This document shows positions 26,812-36,552 of a DNA stretch of 64,000 bases, one piece after another (the stretch's first letter is position 1; every line of letters begins with the position of its first letter). Source of the DNA: a virus. The stretch covers positions 32,001-96,000 of IMG/VR virus record IMGVR_UViG_3300045988_160931, one strand, 5' to 3'. Both the position numbers and the translations under genes were made by a program. The notes beneath the pieces are model-generated. The model saw only the letters and a list, made by a program, of their open reading frames with translations, did not search any database and was not told the DNA's origin.

Positions 26812-28140
26812 TTATAAATTTGGTTTGCATGATAAAGTTTCATATGTTAATGTTATCCTATAAGAACTTGAGGGATGACTTGCTGAATATTCTCCAGCTA
26901 TTGCTTTGTCAAATAAAGAAAACTGCCAAAAATTATTAAAAGATGAAGATAAAGGATATACCCCATCTGAATAATTGCCTGAAGATATGAAAATACTTTT
27001 ATATATATTAGATGAACTATCTAATTTTTTATATGGATAAAATGCCCCATTATTATTGTATTTATATTCACCTATATCACATTTACGCAGGCTATCACAA
27101 GATTTTTCTGTTAAACACTGTTCTGCTTCTATATAGCCATCGCCTGTAAAATTATAGCCATTTAGCGAATTATCCTCAACATCTCCATATGTTAATTTAT
27201 ATTTATATTTATATTCTAAATATGCTTTAGACTCCCCATCAGTGATTCTAGTAACAATACAATAAAATCCATTTATATATTCAAATAATGAACCCTTTTC
27301 CATTCCAAAAAACTTTTTAGGAGTATTCTTTGGGACATTTATACTATTAGTCATATCAGCAAAAAACAACCCTCTATCATTTAGTACTCCATGATTCAAA
27401 ATAGCTTTTGCAGAAGAAGCTGTATATCTCCCATAACCAAAGCAATTCATTGTATCAAGACTTTTTGAAATTAATGTAGATAATAAAGCTATAATTACAT
27501 AATCACAATATAAGTTTATATTCCATAATTTATTATTCTCAGTATTGTTTAATTCTGCCATTTTAATTATTTCTTCTATATTATAGGAAGTATCTTTAAG
27601 AAAATGTTTCCCAGAAATAGATCTTAATTTCCCATTCTCATCCCTAAATCCTGTATAAATTCCCATATAAAAGTGAGGGACTATTTCATTTTTAGCATTT
27701 ATATTAGCCCAGCATTTGTAATCATCGTCAGCTTTATAATTACTAATATAAATATCTGCCGTTCCACTATCATCACTAGACATTTTATAATAAATAAGTG
27801 GAAATTCCACCATCGCATTACCGAGATAATCGATGTTTGAAACATCCGAAACAGTCCCATCTAATTTTTTGGAATAATCATTAGAGTCTAAATAGTAATC
27901 TACTGTCCCATCATATTTTAACATGCAAGGTTTTGGCATAAAAAACGCATTCTTCCATGAACCATAATCAAACTCTGAATCTCCCATTTTAGCAGGTGTC
28001 ATACCAATAGCATCTGCTAGATATGTAACCGCTTTATCCGAGTCATATTCCGATGAATCTATATGGTACCCATAAATAACCTTTTTAGAATTACTATCAT
28101 CAGATGTTGAATCTGTACTATAAATGGGAGTATTGCCTAT
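26812..28140 (-). CDS. tail fibre / receptor-binding accessory protein; start uncertain (no canonical start for the conserved N-terminus)
   Basis: The frame is open from 28233. The segment upstream of the first ATG (28002) reads like a protein N-terminus ('VIYGYHIDSSEYDSDKAVTYLADAIG'). The only plausible initiator is ATA 28140, 5 nt after AAAAAGG. Confidence 0.55.
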   Translation of the reverse strand: MGNTPIYSTDSTSDDSNSKKVIYGYHIDSSEYDSDKAVTYLADAIGMTPAKMGDSEFDYGSWKNAFFMPKPCMLKYDGTVDYYLDSNDYSKKLDGTVSDVSNIDYLGNAMVEFPLIYYKMSSDDSGTADIYISNYKADDDYKCWANINAKNEIVPHFYMGIYTGFRDENGKLRSISGKHFLKDTSYNIEEIIKMAELNNTENNKLWNINLYCDYVIIALLSTLISKSLDTMNCFGYGRYTASSAKAILNHGVLNDRGLFFADMTNSINVPKNTPKKFFGMEKGSLFEYINGFYCIVTRITDGESKAYLEYKYKYKLTYGDVEDNSLNGYNFTGDGYIEAEQCLTEKSCDSLRKCDIGEYKYNNNGAFYPYKKLDSSSNIYKSIFISSGNYSDGVYPLSSSFNNFWQFSLFDKAIAGEYSASHPSSSYRITLTYETLSCKPNL

Positions 28141-28233
28141 TGAAACCTTTTTAATTTGATTTTGATTGTAGTGTATACTAGATGATAAATTAGAACCTAT
28201 ATGTAAATTATTTATGCTTATACTATCACTTCC

Positions 28234-29331
28234 TTACTCAGTACAGAAATAAACCGTGTTATTATCTTTTTGTTCTAATGAATCATATTCAGACGTAGTT
28301 GTTTTCTTTAATTTCAACCCGTCTAATGCTGTTTCTAAAGCTTTTACACGATTCAAAAGGTCTAGGACATCTACTCCAGTATCAGAATTATTGACGTAGA
28401 TTTTTCCTTGCCAATCAACTGCAATTGCATTGGAACGAGTGGTTGTTTTAGAATCACTGTCATACGTACCATTCCCGATAATAAATAGATACTTACCATC
28501 TTCGTCTTTCTCGTTATACTGCCCAATAACAAACTGATTTGATACACCGCTGGCAATTGTCCCTTCGCCAGCAGCATGAGAACCGGGGGAGATAGCTTGT
28601 GTATTTATGCCTTCAGCAAATGCAGCATATCCATTTGTTGTAGTCTTATATCCAAAAGTTGCAGAATTATCTGATTGTGCCTGTGTTGACTCACCATGTG
28701 CGCTTGAATTTATCCCAGATGCGACATTCTTTTCACCAAAAGCCACAGCGTTAGTTGCGCTTGCAATACTTTCAGAACCGGATGTCAAAGAATTACTTCC
28801 AGATGATTTTGTAAGTGTTCCTGACGCAAAAGACATACTTCCAGTTGCACTTGCAGTATAATTACAAGAAGTCCCAGAATTTTGATCTCCTTTTTTTACA
28901 TAAATAGAATCACCATTCTGAACTAATTGTTCTAATTCGGTAACACGATCACGTAATGAAATAACTTCATCGTCATTCGCATAATGATAATCGTCTGGTT
29001 TTTTTCTTTTGTTTACCGGGAGTTCTATGTGTAAGATAGTTTTCATAGATGTTTCGTCTGTCGAATCTGTTAAGTAAATATAGCAATGTAACGGCAGAGA
29101 TTCTTGCAACAATTTATTGGGGACTTTTGCAGTTATTGTTTTAGAATCTGTATCTACAGTAGAATCTACAACATAAGCATATTCGCTATTATCATTACAA
29201 AAATGTACTTCCGGCGCTTTCGTTAAATCATAATCCTCTAATTTTACAGAAATACTTTGGTTAATATCCCATTGTGTAAAATAATTTATTGTATTCCCAT
29301 TTTTATCTAGTGCATTTGTTTCAATTATAAT
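28234..29331 (-). CDS. BppU-like baseplate/tail-fibre protein with Hep_Hag/YadA-head-like repeats; apparent AUU start
   Basis: 73 codons upstream of the first TTG are open and fibre-like. SD AAAGGAG lies 6 nt before ATT 29331, which follows an in-frame TGA. Repeats such as 'SFASGTLTKSSGSNSLTSGSESIASATNAVAFGEKNVASG'. C-terminal 'EYDSLEQKDNNTVYFCTE'. Confidence 0.6.
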   Translation of the reverse strand: MIIETNALDKNGNTINYFTQWDINQSISVKLEDYDLTKAPEVHFCNDNSEYAYVVDSTVDTDSKTITAKVPNKLLQESLPLHCYIYLTDSTDETSMKTILHIELPVNKRKKPDDYHYANDDEVISLRDRVTELEQLVQNGDSIYVKKGDQNSGTSCNYTASATGSMSFASGTLTKSSGSNSLTSGSESIASATNAVAFGEKNVASGINSSAHGESTQAQSDNSATFGYKTTTNGYAAFAEGINTQAISPGSHAAGEGTIASGVSNQFVIGQYNEKDEDGKYLFIIGNGTYDSDSKTTTRSNAIAVDWQGKIYVNNSDTGVDVLDLLNRVKALETALDGLKLKKTTTSEYDSLEQKDNNTVYFCTE

Positions 29332-29346
29332 TACTCACTCCTTTTT

Positions 29347-29382
29347 ATAAAAAAGAAGAACGATAAGGATTTACTCCTTATC
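29347..29382 (-). terminator. hairpin plus T-tract (terminator/attenuator) just before the fibre gene
   Basis: 8-bp stem GATAAGGA / TCCTTATC, loop GTAAA, then GTTCTTCTTTTTT on the minus strand. Confidence 0.45.
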
Positions 29383-29604
29383 GCCCAATTGTTTTTCTAT
29401 TTCTTCAATTTTACATTCCGCTTTCAGAATTCTATCCTGTACATTATTGTGTTTGTCTACACGTAATGACAATTTAGATAAATCTTCTTTCAAAGAATCT
29501 AATTTTACTTGTAGAACAGCAGTTGCTTTATTTTGCATTAAAGCAGAACCAGCAATAGCACTTATTGCTGCAATTGCAGCTGTGATAATCTCAGTAAAAT
29601 CCAT
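29371..29604 (-). CDS. small membrane-anchored coiled-coil protein (BhlA-like holin architecture)
   Basis: N-terminal TM 'IITAAIAAISAIAGSAL' followed by a coiled coil. Confidence 0.45.
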   Translation of the reverse strand: MDFTEIITAAIAAISAIAGSALMQNKATAVLQVKLDSLKEDLSKLSLRVDKHNNVQDRILKAECKIEEIEKQLGDKE

Positions 29605-29641
29605 ATTTTATTTGTCACCACCTTTCTTACATAACATAATC

Positions 29642-32600
29642 TCACCCCCTAATCAGTACCTTGATGTGTGTATCATCTATCCGGGATAGTACCCGATAGC
29701 CAACCCGTCCATCAGACCGTGTGGCGATACCGCCGGTTGTCGGGATGCAGTAATCATTGGGTCTGCAAGTGCCGTCATCAATGACGATGAGTTTGCCCAT
29801 CATGCCTACAGCAGACCATTCCTGCCGCTCCGAGCGTGGCACATACTGCTTGTCCGGGTCGTAGTCCGGATTGAGTACCCAGACCTTACGAGTTGTTCCG
29901 TCCTCATCCGTGTAGTCCTCCGTCAGTAGCTCACCGTAGATATCGGTTAGGTATTGTCCCTGCCACTGATCTTCGTAACTATCACCAACTACGGACGGAT
30001 TGCCGGATACAATGCCTAGAATATCATCATCTATGGATTTAGCAAGCAGTATCTTTTCACCGTCCAATTTCACGAAACGTCCACGTCTGTCCTCACCATC
30101 CGGATTCCCGTCCATCCACTCGAAATACTCTGCATAGTCAGCGCCGGAACTGTGATAAGAACCGGAAGAGTACACACCAGCGGCAGCAGCACGGAAAGCG
30201 TTTGCCCTGGCAGATTCTGTGCCGTTACCCAGACTCAGATATGGTCCTGAAAAACTATATCCGTTATAAGCACCGAAAGCAGCACATGATGCAGTTGCAA
30301 CAGTTATGTGATTTCCATAGCCGATTGACTGATTAGACGATTTCTGAACTTCTGTATACCAGCCACCACTTAGAGACGCATTCGCCTTGCACGTATTATA
30401 GTTACCAAGCGATAATCCACCTTGTGCATCTGCTGTGACTTGGTTTCCGCTGCCGAGAGCGATATTAGCTATACCAGCAACAATGTTATCCTGACCCATT
30501 GCAGCACACTGATTTCCTTGTACCGTGTTTCTCCATCCAGACACAAATATACAGTTTCCATTAAACGCCTTGTTCTGCGAGCCAATCACAAATTGCCAGT
30601 CACCGCCACCAGCTTGGTTGTTATCAATATCATGGAAAATATAATCCTTAGAGCTGCCAGTCACAGTTTCGTTGTTGAACGTGTAACTCTTCCCGGCAGT
30701 TGTCCTACCTAACACGCCGATTTCATCCAGAGACCATGAGACGTTAGCTGCGCCGTTAAATGATTTGCCTGTATTGCCGATGGTGAGGGTACGGGCTGTA
30801 TTCAATTTTGTGGCACTGGCTACGTTACTGGTCAGAAACGCCTGGTCATAGTAGGCTGTGTCAGCACCTGTGCCTTCTGGCTCATCAGACTGTATCAGCG
30901 GCTGAGGTGTCCAGGACTTGTATTTGCCATATACGGCATAATTTCCGTTCCAGTACGTCCACGGCAGATATACCCAGACTGTATAAGTGTCGTGTGCTGT
31001 AGGTATCACTTTGACCTTGACACTACTACAGTTGATACGATATACTGTAACGGCACACGCTTTTGTCGCCGACTCTGTGGATTGCCATCCATCCTTGATC
31101 TGAACTTCAAAAGATGAGTTTTGGTTCGCACGACCATTTGCTCCATCGCCGCTCCATACACGTATCATGGCATTGCTGAAATTACCGGAGGATACCAGCG
31201 TGCCTAGCTTAACCCATTTTGCAGTGTTGTTGGCACCGTTTACCAAAAGAGCACTGTTTGTTATCATCGCATGTGTATGACCAGATGCCGACTTGCTGTC
31301 CAGTTCGGCTTTTACAGCTTTGTTCTGCACCGGATTTGTGGAGGTAGCAGACAAGGCACTGTCTACCGCAACCTTGGTTGCACCAGCAGCGATACCGTCC
31401 AGTTTTTTCTTATCCGCCGCAGTCATCAGACCATGTGCAGACTGTGTGGCATCGCCATAGGTGGTATCAGTGAATTTCGCATTCGCAGGTACATCTGAAT
31501 TGACGGAATGGGATATAGGCGTAGCAACACCATTCGCCGCAACGTAAACAGGCTTTGTAGCAGAGCCCACCGCAGTATTTGCACTATGTGTTACAGCCGT
31601 GGACTTGTCTTGCTTACCGGAAATGTCTTGATGTGCTGTGATAACCGTACCCAGATCAACTACGCCGCTAGTACCCTTGCTTGCACCATTCATTTTGATG
31701 CCTGTGATAGTACCAATGTTGGATGTTTTAGCATTCCATAACGCTTTTTCTCCGGTGGTTACCAACGATACATCCGTACCGCCACTGACTGCTGCTTTGC
31801 TGGTGTACGTTGTGTCTTTTGCGCTGATTGTATTACCGCTGATCGAGATGTTTGTGCCTGCGGTCAGCTTGTCTTGCTTGCCGCTGATATCCGGAATGTC
31901 CGAAGTTAATGCTATTGTCCCACTTTTTCCCGCCGGCAAAACATAGTAATAATGCTGAGTGCCATAGGAGTTATTGGGGTCTGGTGTTATGGTATATTGG
32001 CAGCCTATATAATCTACCAAGTCCAACCGACCGGTTGATTTATCTTGCCACCCACCGAGTTTCAAACTAAAATTTCTTTTGCCATCATCGTCTCTACGGT
32101 CAAACCCAATCTCTGCGATGTTGCGGAGTCCACCACCGTAAAATAAGGTCATAAAAGCTAGAGGAATATCACCGATATAGTCCTGGAAAGTTAATTCGCT
32201 TTGGATTACGCCCCCAGCATTGTATATGTCTTCTTTTGTCATCGCCTCAGCCTCAGTCACATGACCCTCGTCATCAACTGCAACCTTATACATACCCTTG
32301 TTGTAGGCAGTATGTGCCGGATGCACATAGTTCTCCAACCCCGACAGCTTATCCCGTTCCGCCGTGGTGTACGGCTGCTCAACCTTGTCCAAGATGGACT
32401 TATTTTCATGGCTATGAGCTGTTTTTTGCACCGATAAAATATCAGTTTTAATCCCTTCAATTACTTCATTTTCAGATACATCAATATACGTTCCGTCACC
32501 GGTAATGTGCAATTTCCCATCTTGATCTACGTAAAATACATCTTCTTCGCCATTTTTTATTTTTAGTAAATTTACATCTTCTGGATTTACAATAAATGTA

Positions 32601-35293
32601 TTTGTTCCATTAGAAATGATTAACCCATTTTGATCGAAAGTCATTGTATTATTTTCGTTTGAAAAATACAATTCATTACCTAAAACGAGTTTACCAACAA
32701 TGGTTTCAGCATTTATACCATAAGTAGACTTTAATTCTCCATCGCTATCCGTATAAAAATAATACCCAATTGCTGTTTTTACAGTCTCCCAATTATCGTT
32801 TGTAATAGCAATAGTGCTATTTACAATTTTCATTTGTTCATCTTCATACTTATCTTCTATACTGTCATATTTACGAAGTAGTATACCATGAGAATCCCAT
32901 GTTTGATTTTGATAATCAGAACCACCCATAATCTGTGTAGCTGTTGCATCTAAACCATTTTGTTGCCAGTCTTTTACAACATTATCGCCTTTTTCGCCTT
33001 TGCTTGCTTGATGTTGTGTATATTCATATGACGTTGCCATAGACTGCACAGCAGATATAATTGATTGCTGATCGCTTATCCCATACGAAGAGCGTAAAAC
33101 ATTTGAAAACTCTACATTTAATGTCTCTAAATTATCATAATCAATCTCATAATCAAGCAAACGAAGTTTGTATATCTTCCCATCAACTTCAACACGTATC
33201 CAATTCCCGATCGTAAAATCATTCAGTAAAGGCTTAAACTTATCAATTACCAGAAGATTATTTAGAGTAGCAGATATAGAAAACTGTAATTCAGCAGATT
33301 GTGATATTTCTTTTTTAGCACATTCATAGAATTCTATAGCCTTTTCGAATAATTCTTTGTTGCTCAAACCATCTGAAACGTAATTTTGGTTTGTATATTT
33401 GTCATCTCTTCTATAACAACAAAATTCAAGCCATAAATCTTCACCAAGGTATTTTTCAAAATCCAAAGCCTCATGTGTTTTTGATATATAAGTATCAATT
33501 GCACGTTCCATCAATTTAACTGCTGACAGATCATTTTCTTTTTCTTTTAATTCATCCTCTAACGCCATCAATTTATTGTAATAGGGGATATACAAATCAT
33601 CATACAAGTTAGGTTTCTCGCCAGCCCAGGTCTCTTTCGTTCCGACACCTTGTTCAACAAGAATGTCAATTCCTGCCTGACAAGCATCATGAAAATCTGT
33701 AAGCATATCAATGCTATATTTCTTCATTTCGCCTTTGAATTCTTCTAACTCTAATTTGAATATCCCGGCTATACTTACATTATCTATGTTGTGCTTTGCA
33801 AATACCTTGTCAACTTTTTGCCGAACATACGTTTCATAATTATCATCAATTTGAATAATCAATTCAGATGTATTTGCGGTATCGTTTTCATCTGAATTAT
33901 TTGTAACCTTTAACGTCCCTATCCAATGATTACTGTCATCTATTGACGAATCTATAATTTCTGTTATATATCTGTTATCGATTACACATTTGCAATATCC
34001 AAGTACAGCAGAATTAGCAGAGCTTAAAGATAACGCTTTAATATTAGACACAGATATTGTACCTATTTTTTCTGTTGTTAATAATTGAACCTGTTCTTCT
34101 GCACTTGTATCGTCTAAACTAGCGTCTGGCATAAGTTCAGTTTGGATAAATAAGCCTAAATCAATAACATCGTATTTAGTATTTATAATATTAGGGAATC
34201 CAATAATAGGGGATGATACCTCTGAAAAGCGACTTTTATAAGCATTGTACTTTGAAACAACATTATTATACCCAGATAATGTGTTTACCTTTATATAGTA
34301 TTCCTTTTCATTATTGTACTTGTTATATAGTGTATCATAATCATCTATCTTTTGGACTAATTCTTCCGTCATATCTTTCTTCATATCGCCAGTAATATTC
34401 CAGATATAAGAAGAACCATTTGGATTACAGTTTTTAATTGTTGCAGTCATTAAATCATCGCCAGCCTCTAACTTTAGACAATTTTTTACTGAGTCAACAT
34501 CTGCCTTAATACTTATCTGATCTGCTAATTCATCTGAGGTAACAAATACACCTGTATCTTGTCCATAACCAGAGATTATCTGTTTACTGCCACACTTAGG
34601 GCATACGTCTGTAAAGTCACCTCTGTATCCGCAATCAATACAATTAGACCACATATCAAAAACAGCGATTTGCCGTCTTATTTTTGCAGTACCACCTTCT
34701 TTTGGGAAAGTGAAAATACACCCAATTTCATCTTCGACTTGTTTCAGAGCATCATAAAGAGAAACATTGTCAAAAGAAAATGTCCTCTGAATATTGCACA
34801 GAGTAGAATCTACATGGATAATAGTATAGTGAGGTGCTTTTTCAAGCATTCTATCAAGCAAAGATACATCTTTATTTGTTTTATTATAAAAAACAGTAGG
34901 AGCTTTATAATCTTCTCTTGCAATATCATCTTCTGTATTGATCTGATAATCGTACAACATAATTTGAGATAATTCGGATTGTGATAATTTTACACCGGAA
35001 ATGATTTTTATTGTATCATCTTCTTCATCTATCTCTACACTTATTTGATAGATGATGTCATACTCAACGCACCAAACTAATTTTAGATCGACAATATCAG
35101 CCCAAATATTGTTTAGTACCCCATTATAATATTTATTCACTCGAAACGAAATTTCACTTGGATTTTGCAGAGATATATGTGCAATTAGACTATTATAGTT
35201 TATAAGCCCAATCTTTTTACCACTTCTTGTCATTAAGACCAGCGTTGGAGATTCTGGATTTCCAGATGAATCAAATTTGATTTTAGCAGCCAT
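29642..35293 (-). CDS. tail-tip (Tal-like) / tail-fibre protein, 1883 aa, with C-terminal Peptidase_G2-type intramolecular chaperone domain
   Basis: Position after Dit. N-terminal minor-structural/Tal-like region. Fibre motifs 'GLMTAADKKKLDGI' and 'DISGKQDK' x2. C-terminus 'ADYAEYFEW.DGN...ILGIVSGNPSVVG' resembles the IMC autoproteolytic domain as I remember it. Confidence 0.8.
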   Translation of the reverse strand: MAAKIKFDSSGNPESPTLVLMTRSGKKIGLINYNSLIAHISLQNPSEISFRVNKYYNGVLNNIWADIVDLKLVWCVEYDIIYQISVEIDEEDDTIKIISGVKLSQSELSQIMLYDYQINTEDDIAREDYKAPTVFYNKTNKDVSLLDRMLEKAPHYTIIHVDSTLCNIQRTFSFDNVSLYDALKQVEDEIGCIFTFPKEGGTAKIRRQIAVFDMWSNCIDCGYRGDFTDVCPKCGSKQIISGYGQDTGVFVTSDELADQISIKADVDSVKNCLKLEAGDDLMTATIKNCNPNGSSYIWNITGDMKKDMTEELVQKIDDYDTLYNKYNNEKEYYIKVNTLSGYNNVVSKYNAYKSRFSEVSSPIIGFPNIINTKYDVIDLGLFIQTELMPDASLDDTSAEEQVQLLTTEKIGTISVSNIKALSLSSANSAVLGYCKCVIDNRYITEIIDSSIDDSNHWIGTLKVTNNSDENDTANTSELIIQIDDNYETYVRQKVDKVFAKHNIDNVSIAGIFKLELEEFKGEMKKYSIDMLTDFHDACQAGIDILVEQGVGTKETWAGEKPNLYDDLYIPYYNKLMALEDELKEKENDLSAVKLMERAIDTYISKTHEALDFEKYLGEDLWLEFCCYRRDDKYTNQNYVSDGLSNKELFEKAIEFYECAKKEISQSAELQFSISATLNNLLVIDKFKPLLNDFTIGNWIRVEVDGKIYKLRLLDYEIDYDNLETLNVEFSNVLRSSYGISDQQSIISAVQSMATSYEYTQHQASKGEKGDNVVKDWQQNGLDATATQIMGGSDYQNQTWDSHGILLRKYDSIEDKYEDEQMKIVNSTIAITNDNWETVKTAIGYYFYTDSDGELKSTYGINAETIVGKLVLGNELYFSNENNTMTFDQNGLIISNGTNTFIVNPEDVNLLKIKNGEEDVFYVDQDGKLHITGDGTYIDVSENEVIEGIKTDILSVQKTAHSHENKSILDKVEQPYTTAERDKLSGLENYVHPAHTAYNKGMYKVAVDDEGHVTEAEAMTKEDIYNAGGVIQSELTFQDYIGDIPLAFMTLFYGGGLRNIAEIGFDRRDDDGKRNFSLKLGGWQDKSTGRLDLVDYIGCQYTITPDPNNSYGTQHYYYVLPAGKSGTIALTSDIPDISGKQDKLTAGTNISISGNTISAKDTTYTSKAAVSGGTDVSLVTTGEKALWNAKTSNIGTITGIKMNGASKGTSGVVDLGTVITAHQDISGKQDKSTAVTHSANTAVGSATKPVYVAANGVATPISHSVNSDVPANAKFTDTTYGDATQSAHGLMTAADKKKLDGIAAGATKVAVDSALSATSTNPVQNKAVKAELDSKSASGHTHAMITNSALLVNGANNTAKWVKLGTLVSSGNFSNAMIRVWSGDGANGRANQNSSFEVQIKDGWQSTESATKACAVTVYRINCSSVKVKVIPTAHDTYTVWVYLPWTYWNGNYAVYGKYKSWTPQPLIQSDEPEGTGADTAYYDQAFLTSNVASATKLNTARTLTIGNTGKSFNGAANVSWSLDEIGVLGRTTAGKSYTFNNETVTGSSKDYIFHDIDNNQAGGGDWQFVIGSQNKAFNGNCIFVSGWRNTVQGNQCAAMGQDNIVAGIANIALGSGNQVTADAQGGLSLGNYNTCKANASLSGGWYTEVQKSSNQSIGYGNHITVATASCAAFGAYNGYSFSGPYLSLGNGTESARANAFRAAAAGVYSSGSYHSSGADYAEYFEWMDGNPDGEDRRGRFVKLDGEKILLAKSIDDDILGIVSGNPSVVGDSYEDQWQGQYLTDIYGELLTEDYTDEDGTTRKVWVLNPDYDPDKQYVPRSERQEWSAVGMMGKLIVIDDGTCRPNDYCIPTTGGIATRSDGRVGYRVLSRIDDTHIKVLIRG

Positions 35294-35313
35294 TTACAGC
35301 ACCTCTTTTCATT

Positions 35314-36123
35314 TTATATAAAAACTTTTGCGATAGGGATGTAGGTTAATTCTATCTCCCCATTTGTTGCATTTATAATATTCTTACGATTGTTTAATGT
35401 ATTAGCAATTCTTAAAAACACCCAATTAAAATCTTTGTTTATATCATGAGCCGGGATAGAAGAAGAGATTATGGGATATTCTACTGTAATAATTTCACCC
35501 TCTCTACAATTTTCTATTTTCATTACTCTATCTGGTTCAATCGAATTTGATATTAAATATATGCCGTCATCTCCAACTGAACCTACTGTAATTTTCATTG
35601 ATGGATAGACATATCCTATTTCATCAGATTCATCGTAAATAGGAGTTAAAATATTAGAACTACCATTTGCTTTTAGAATATACTTTCTCTCATTTAATAA
35701 CCCAAACGGTCTATCTGTTGTAAGAGTAAGATCGAGACCATATAATTTATTGTCTAATTCGACCTTTTCTATATTAAAGCTGCCATAAAAATAGATGTCA
35801 GCATATTCATTATTAAGCACTCTAAATTTGTAAAATCTCTTACGATTAAGCCATCTCATCATTTTTCTAAATTCAGAAAGGCTAATTTCAAGTGAATCTC
35901 TATACGAACAAACGTTTTTTACAATTGTAAATTTTGTTTGTAAACACGAATCATAAGTAGCACTTGTTAATTCGTATTTGTATCCATTCATTGTTTTTAT
36001 TGTATTGAACGTAAGTTCACTCCCAGCAGATTCTGTTTTAAGCCCATCATCTTTGAAACAACCAACCATAAATCCCATATCGCTCAATCGTATTCCGTCA
36101 TATTCAAAATCATAAACTATCAT
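35314..36123 (-). CDS. distal tail protein (Dit-like)
   Basis: Lies between the TMP and Tal. N-terminus 'MIVYDFEYDGIRLSDMGFMV' is typical of the siphovirus tail family. Confidence 0.55.
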   Translation of the reverse strand: MIVYDFEYDGIRLSDMGFMVGCFKDDGLKTESAGSELTFNTIKTMNGYKYELTSATYDSCLQTKFTIVKNVCSYRDSLEISLSEFRKMMRWLNRKRFYKFRVLNNEYADIYFYGSFNIEKVELDNKLYGLDLTLTTDRPFGLLNERKYILKANGSSNILTPIYDESDEIGYVYPSMKITVGSVGDDGIYLISNSIEPDRVMKIENCREGEIITVEYPIISSSIPAHDINKDFNWVFLRIANTLNNRKNIINATNGEIELTYIPIAKVFI

Positions 36124-36479
36124 AAGGCAGTTTTATCCTTTCGAATGCACTTTAATAGAGCTTTTTTCGTTCTTAAAATGATAATTTTATAAATCGGCAT
36201 CTTAAACCCTTCTTCTGTAAATCCACGCTTTTTCAAAACAGTTTTTAGACTAGATAACTCATTGATTAGTTTTCTATACTCATCTCTTTGATTTTTAAGT
36301 TCGACAATACAATTATCAAATTCGATAACTTTCTTTTTGAACTCTATAGCAGTATCATTTTCAAAACTAGATTTGTATTTATCTTTTAATTCAGTATTTT
36401 CTTTCTTGATTTCATTTAATTCTTCAAGAAGTTCGCTATTTCTTTTTCTTAAAATCTCTATTTTTTTAGAATTTGTCAT
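36120..36479 (-). CDS. coiled-coil hypothetical protein
   Basis: SD AAGGAGG. ATGA overlap with Dit. Confidence 0.5.
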   Translation of the reverse strand: MTNSKKIEILRKRNSELLEELNEIKKENTELKDKYKSSFENDTAIEFKKKVIEFDNCIVELKNQRDEYRKLINELSSLKTVLKKRGFTEEGFKMPIYKIIILRTKKALLKCIRKDKTAL

Positions 36480-36552
36480 TGTTCATTCCTCCTTATATAA
36501 TTAAAAATATGTATTACATTTTAATCACCACCCATTTACACCATGATGTTTA

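Noticed and set aside
28234-28236. Stop-codon reassignment (TAA read as sense) as the explanation for the in-frame fibre genes.
   Set aside because: TAA cleanly terminates many well-delimited genes in this window, for example the C5-MTase, thyX region, integrase-adjacent genes and TMP neighbours. Global recoding is therefore not supported. Only local readthrough remains a remote option.
30422-32460. Cluster of 60-100-aa ORFs on both strands (30422-30712, 30808-31002, 31271-31498, 31508-31741, 31638-31946, 32201-32437, 32236-32451, 32257-32460).
   Set aside because: All lie inside or antisense to the 1883-aa fibre gene, exactly within its GC-rich block, where stop codons are rarer by chance. 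None has an SD or a recognisable motif.
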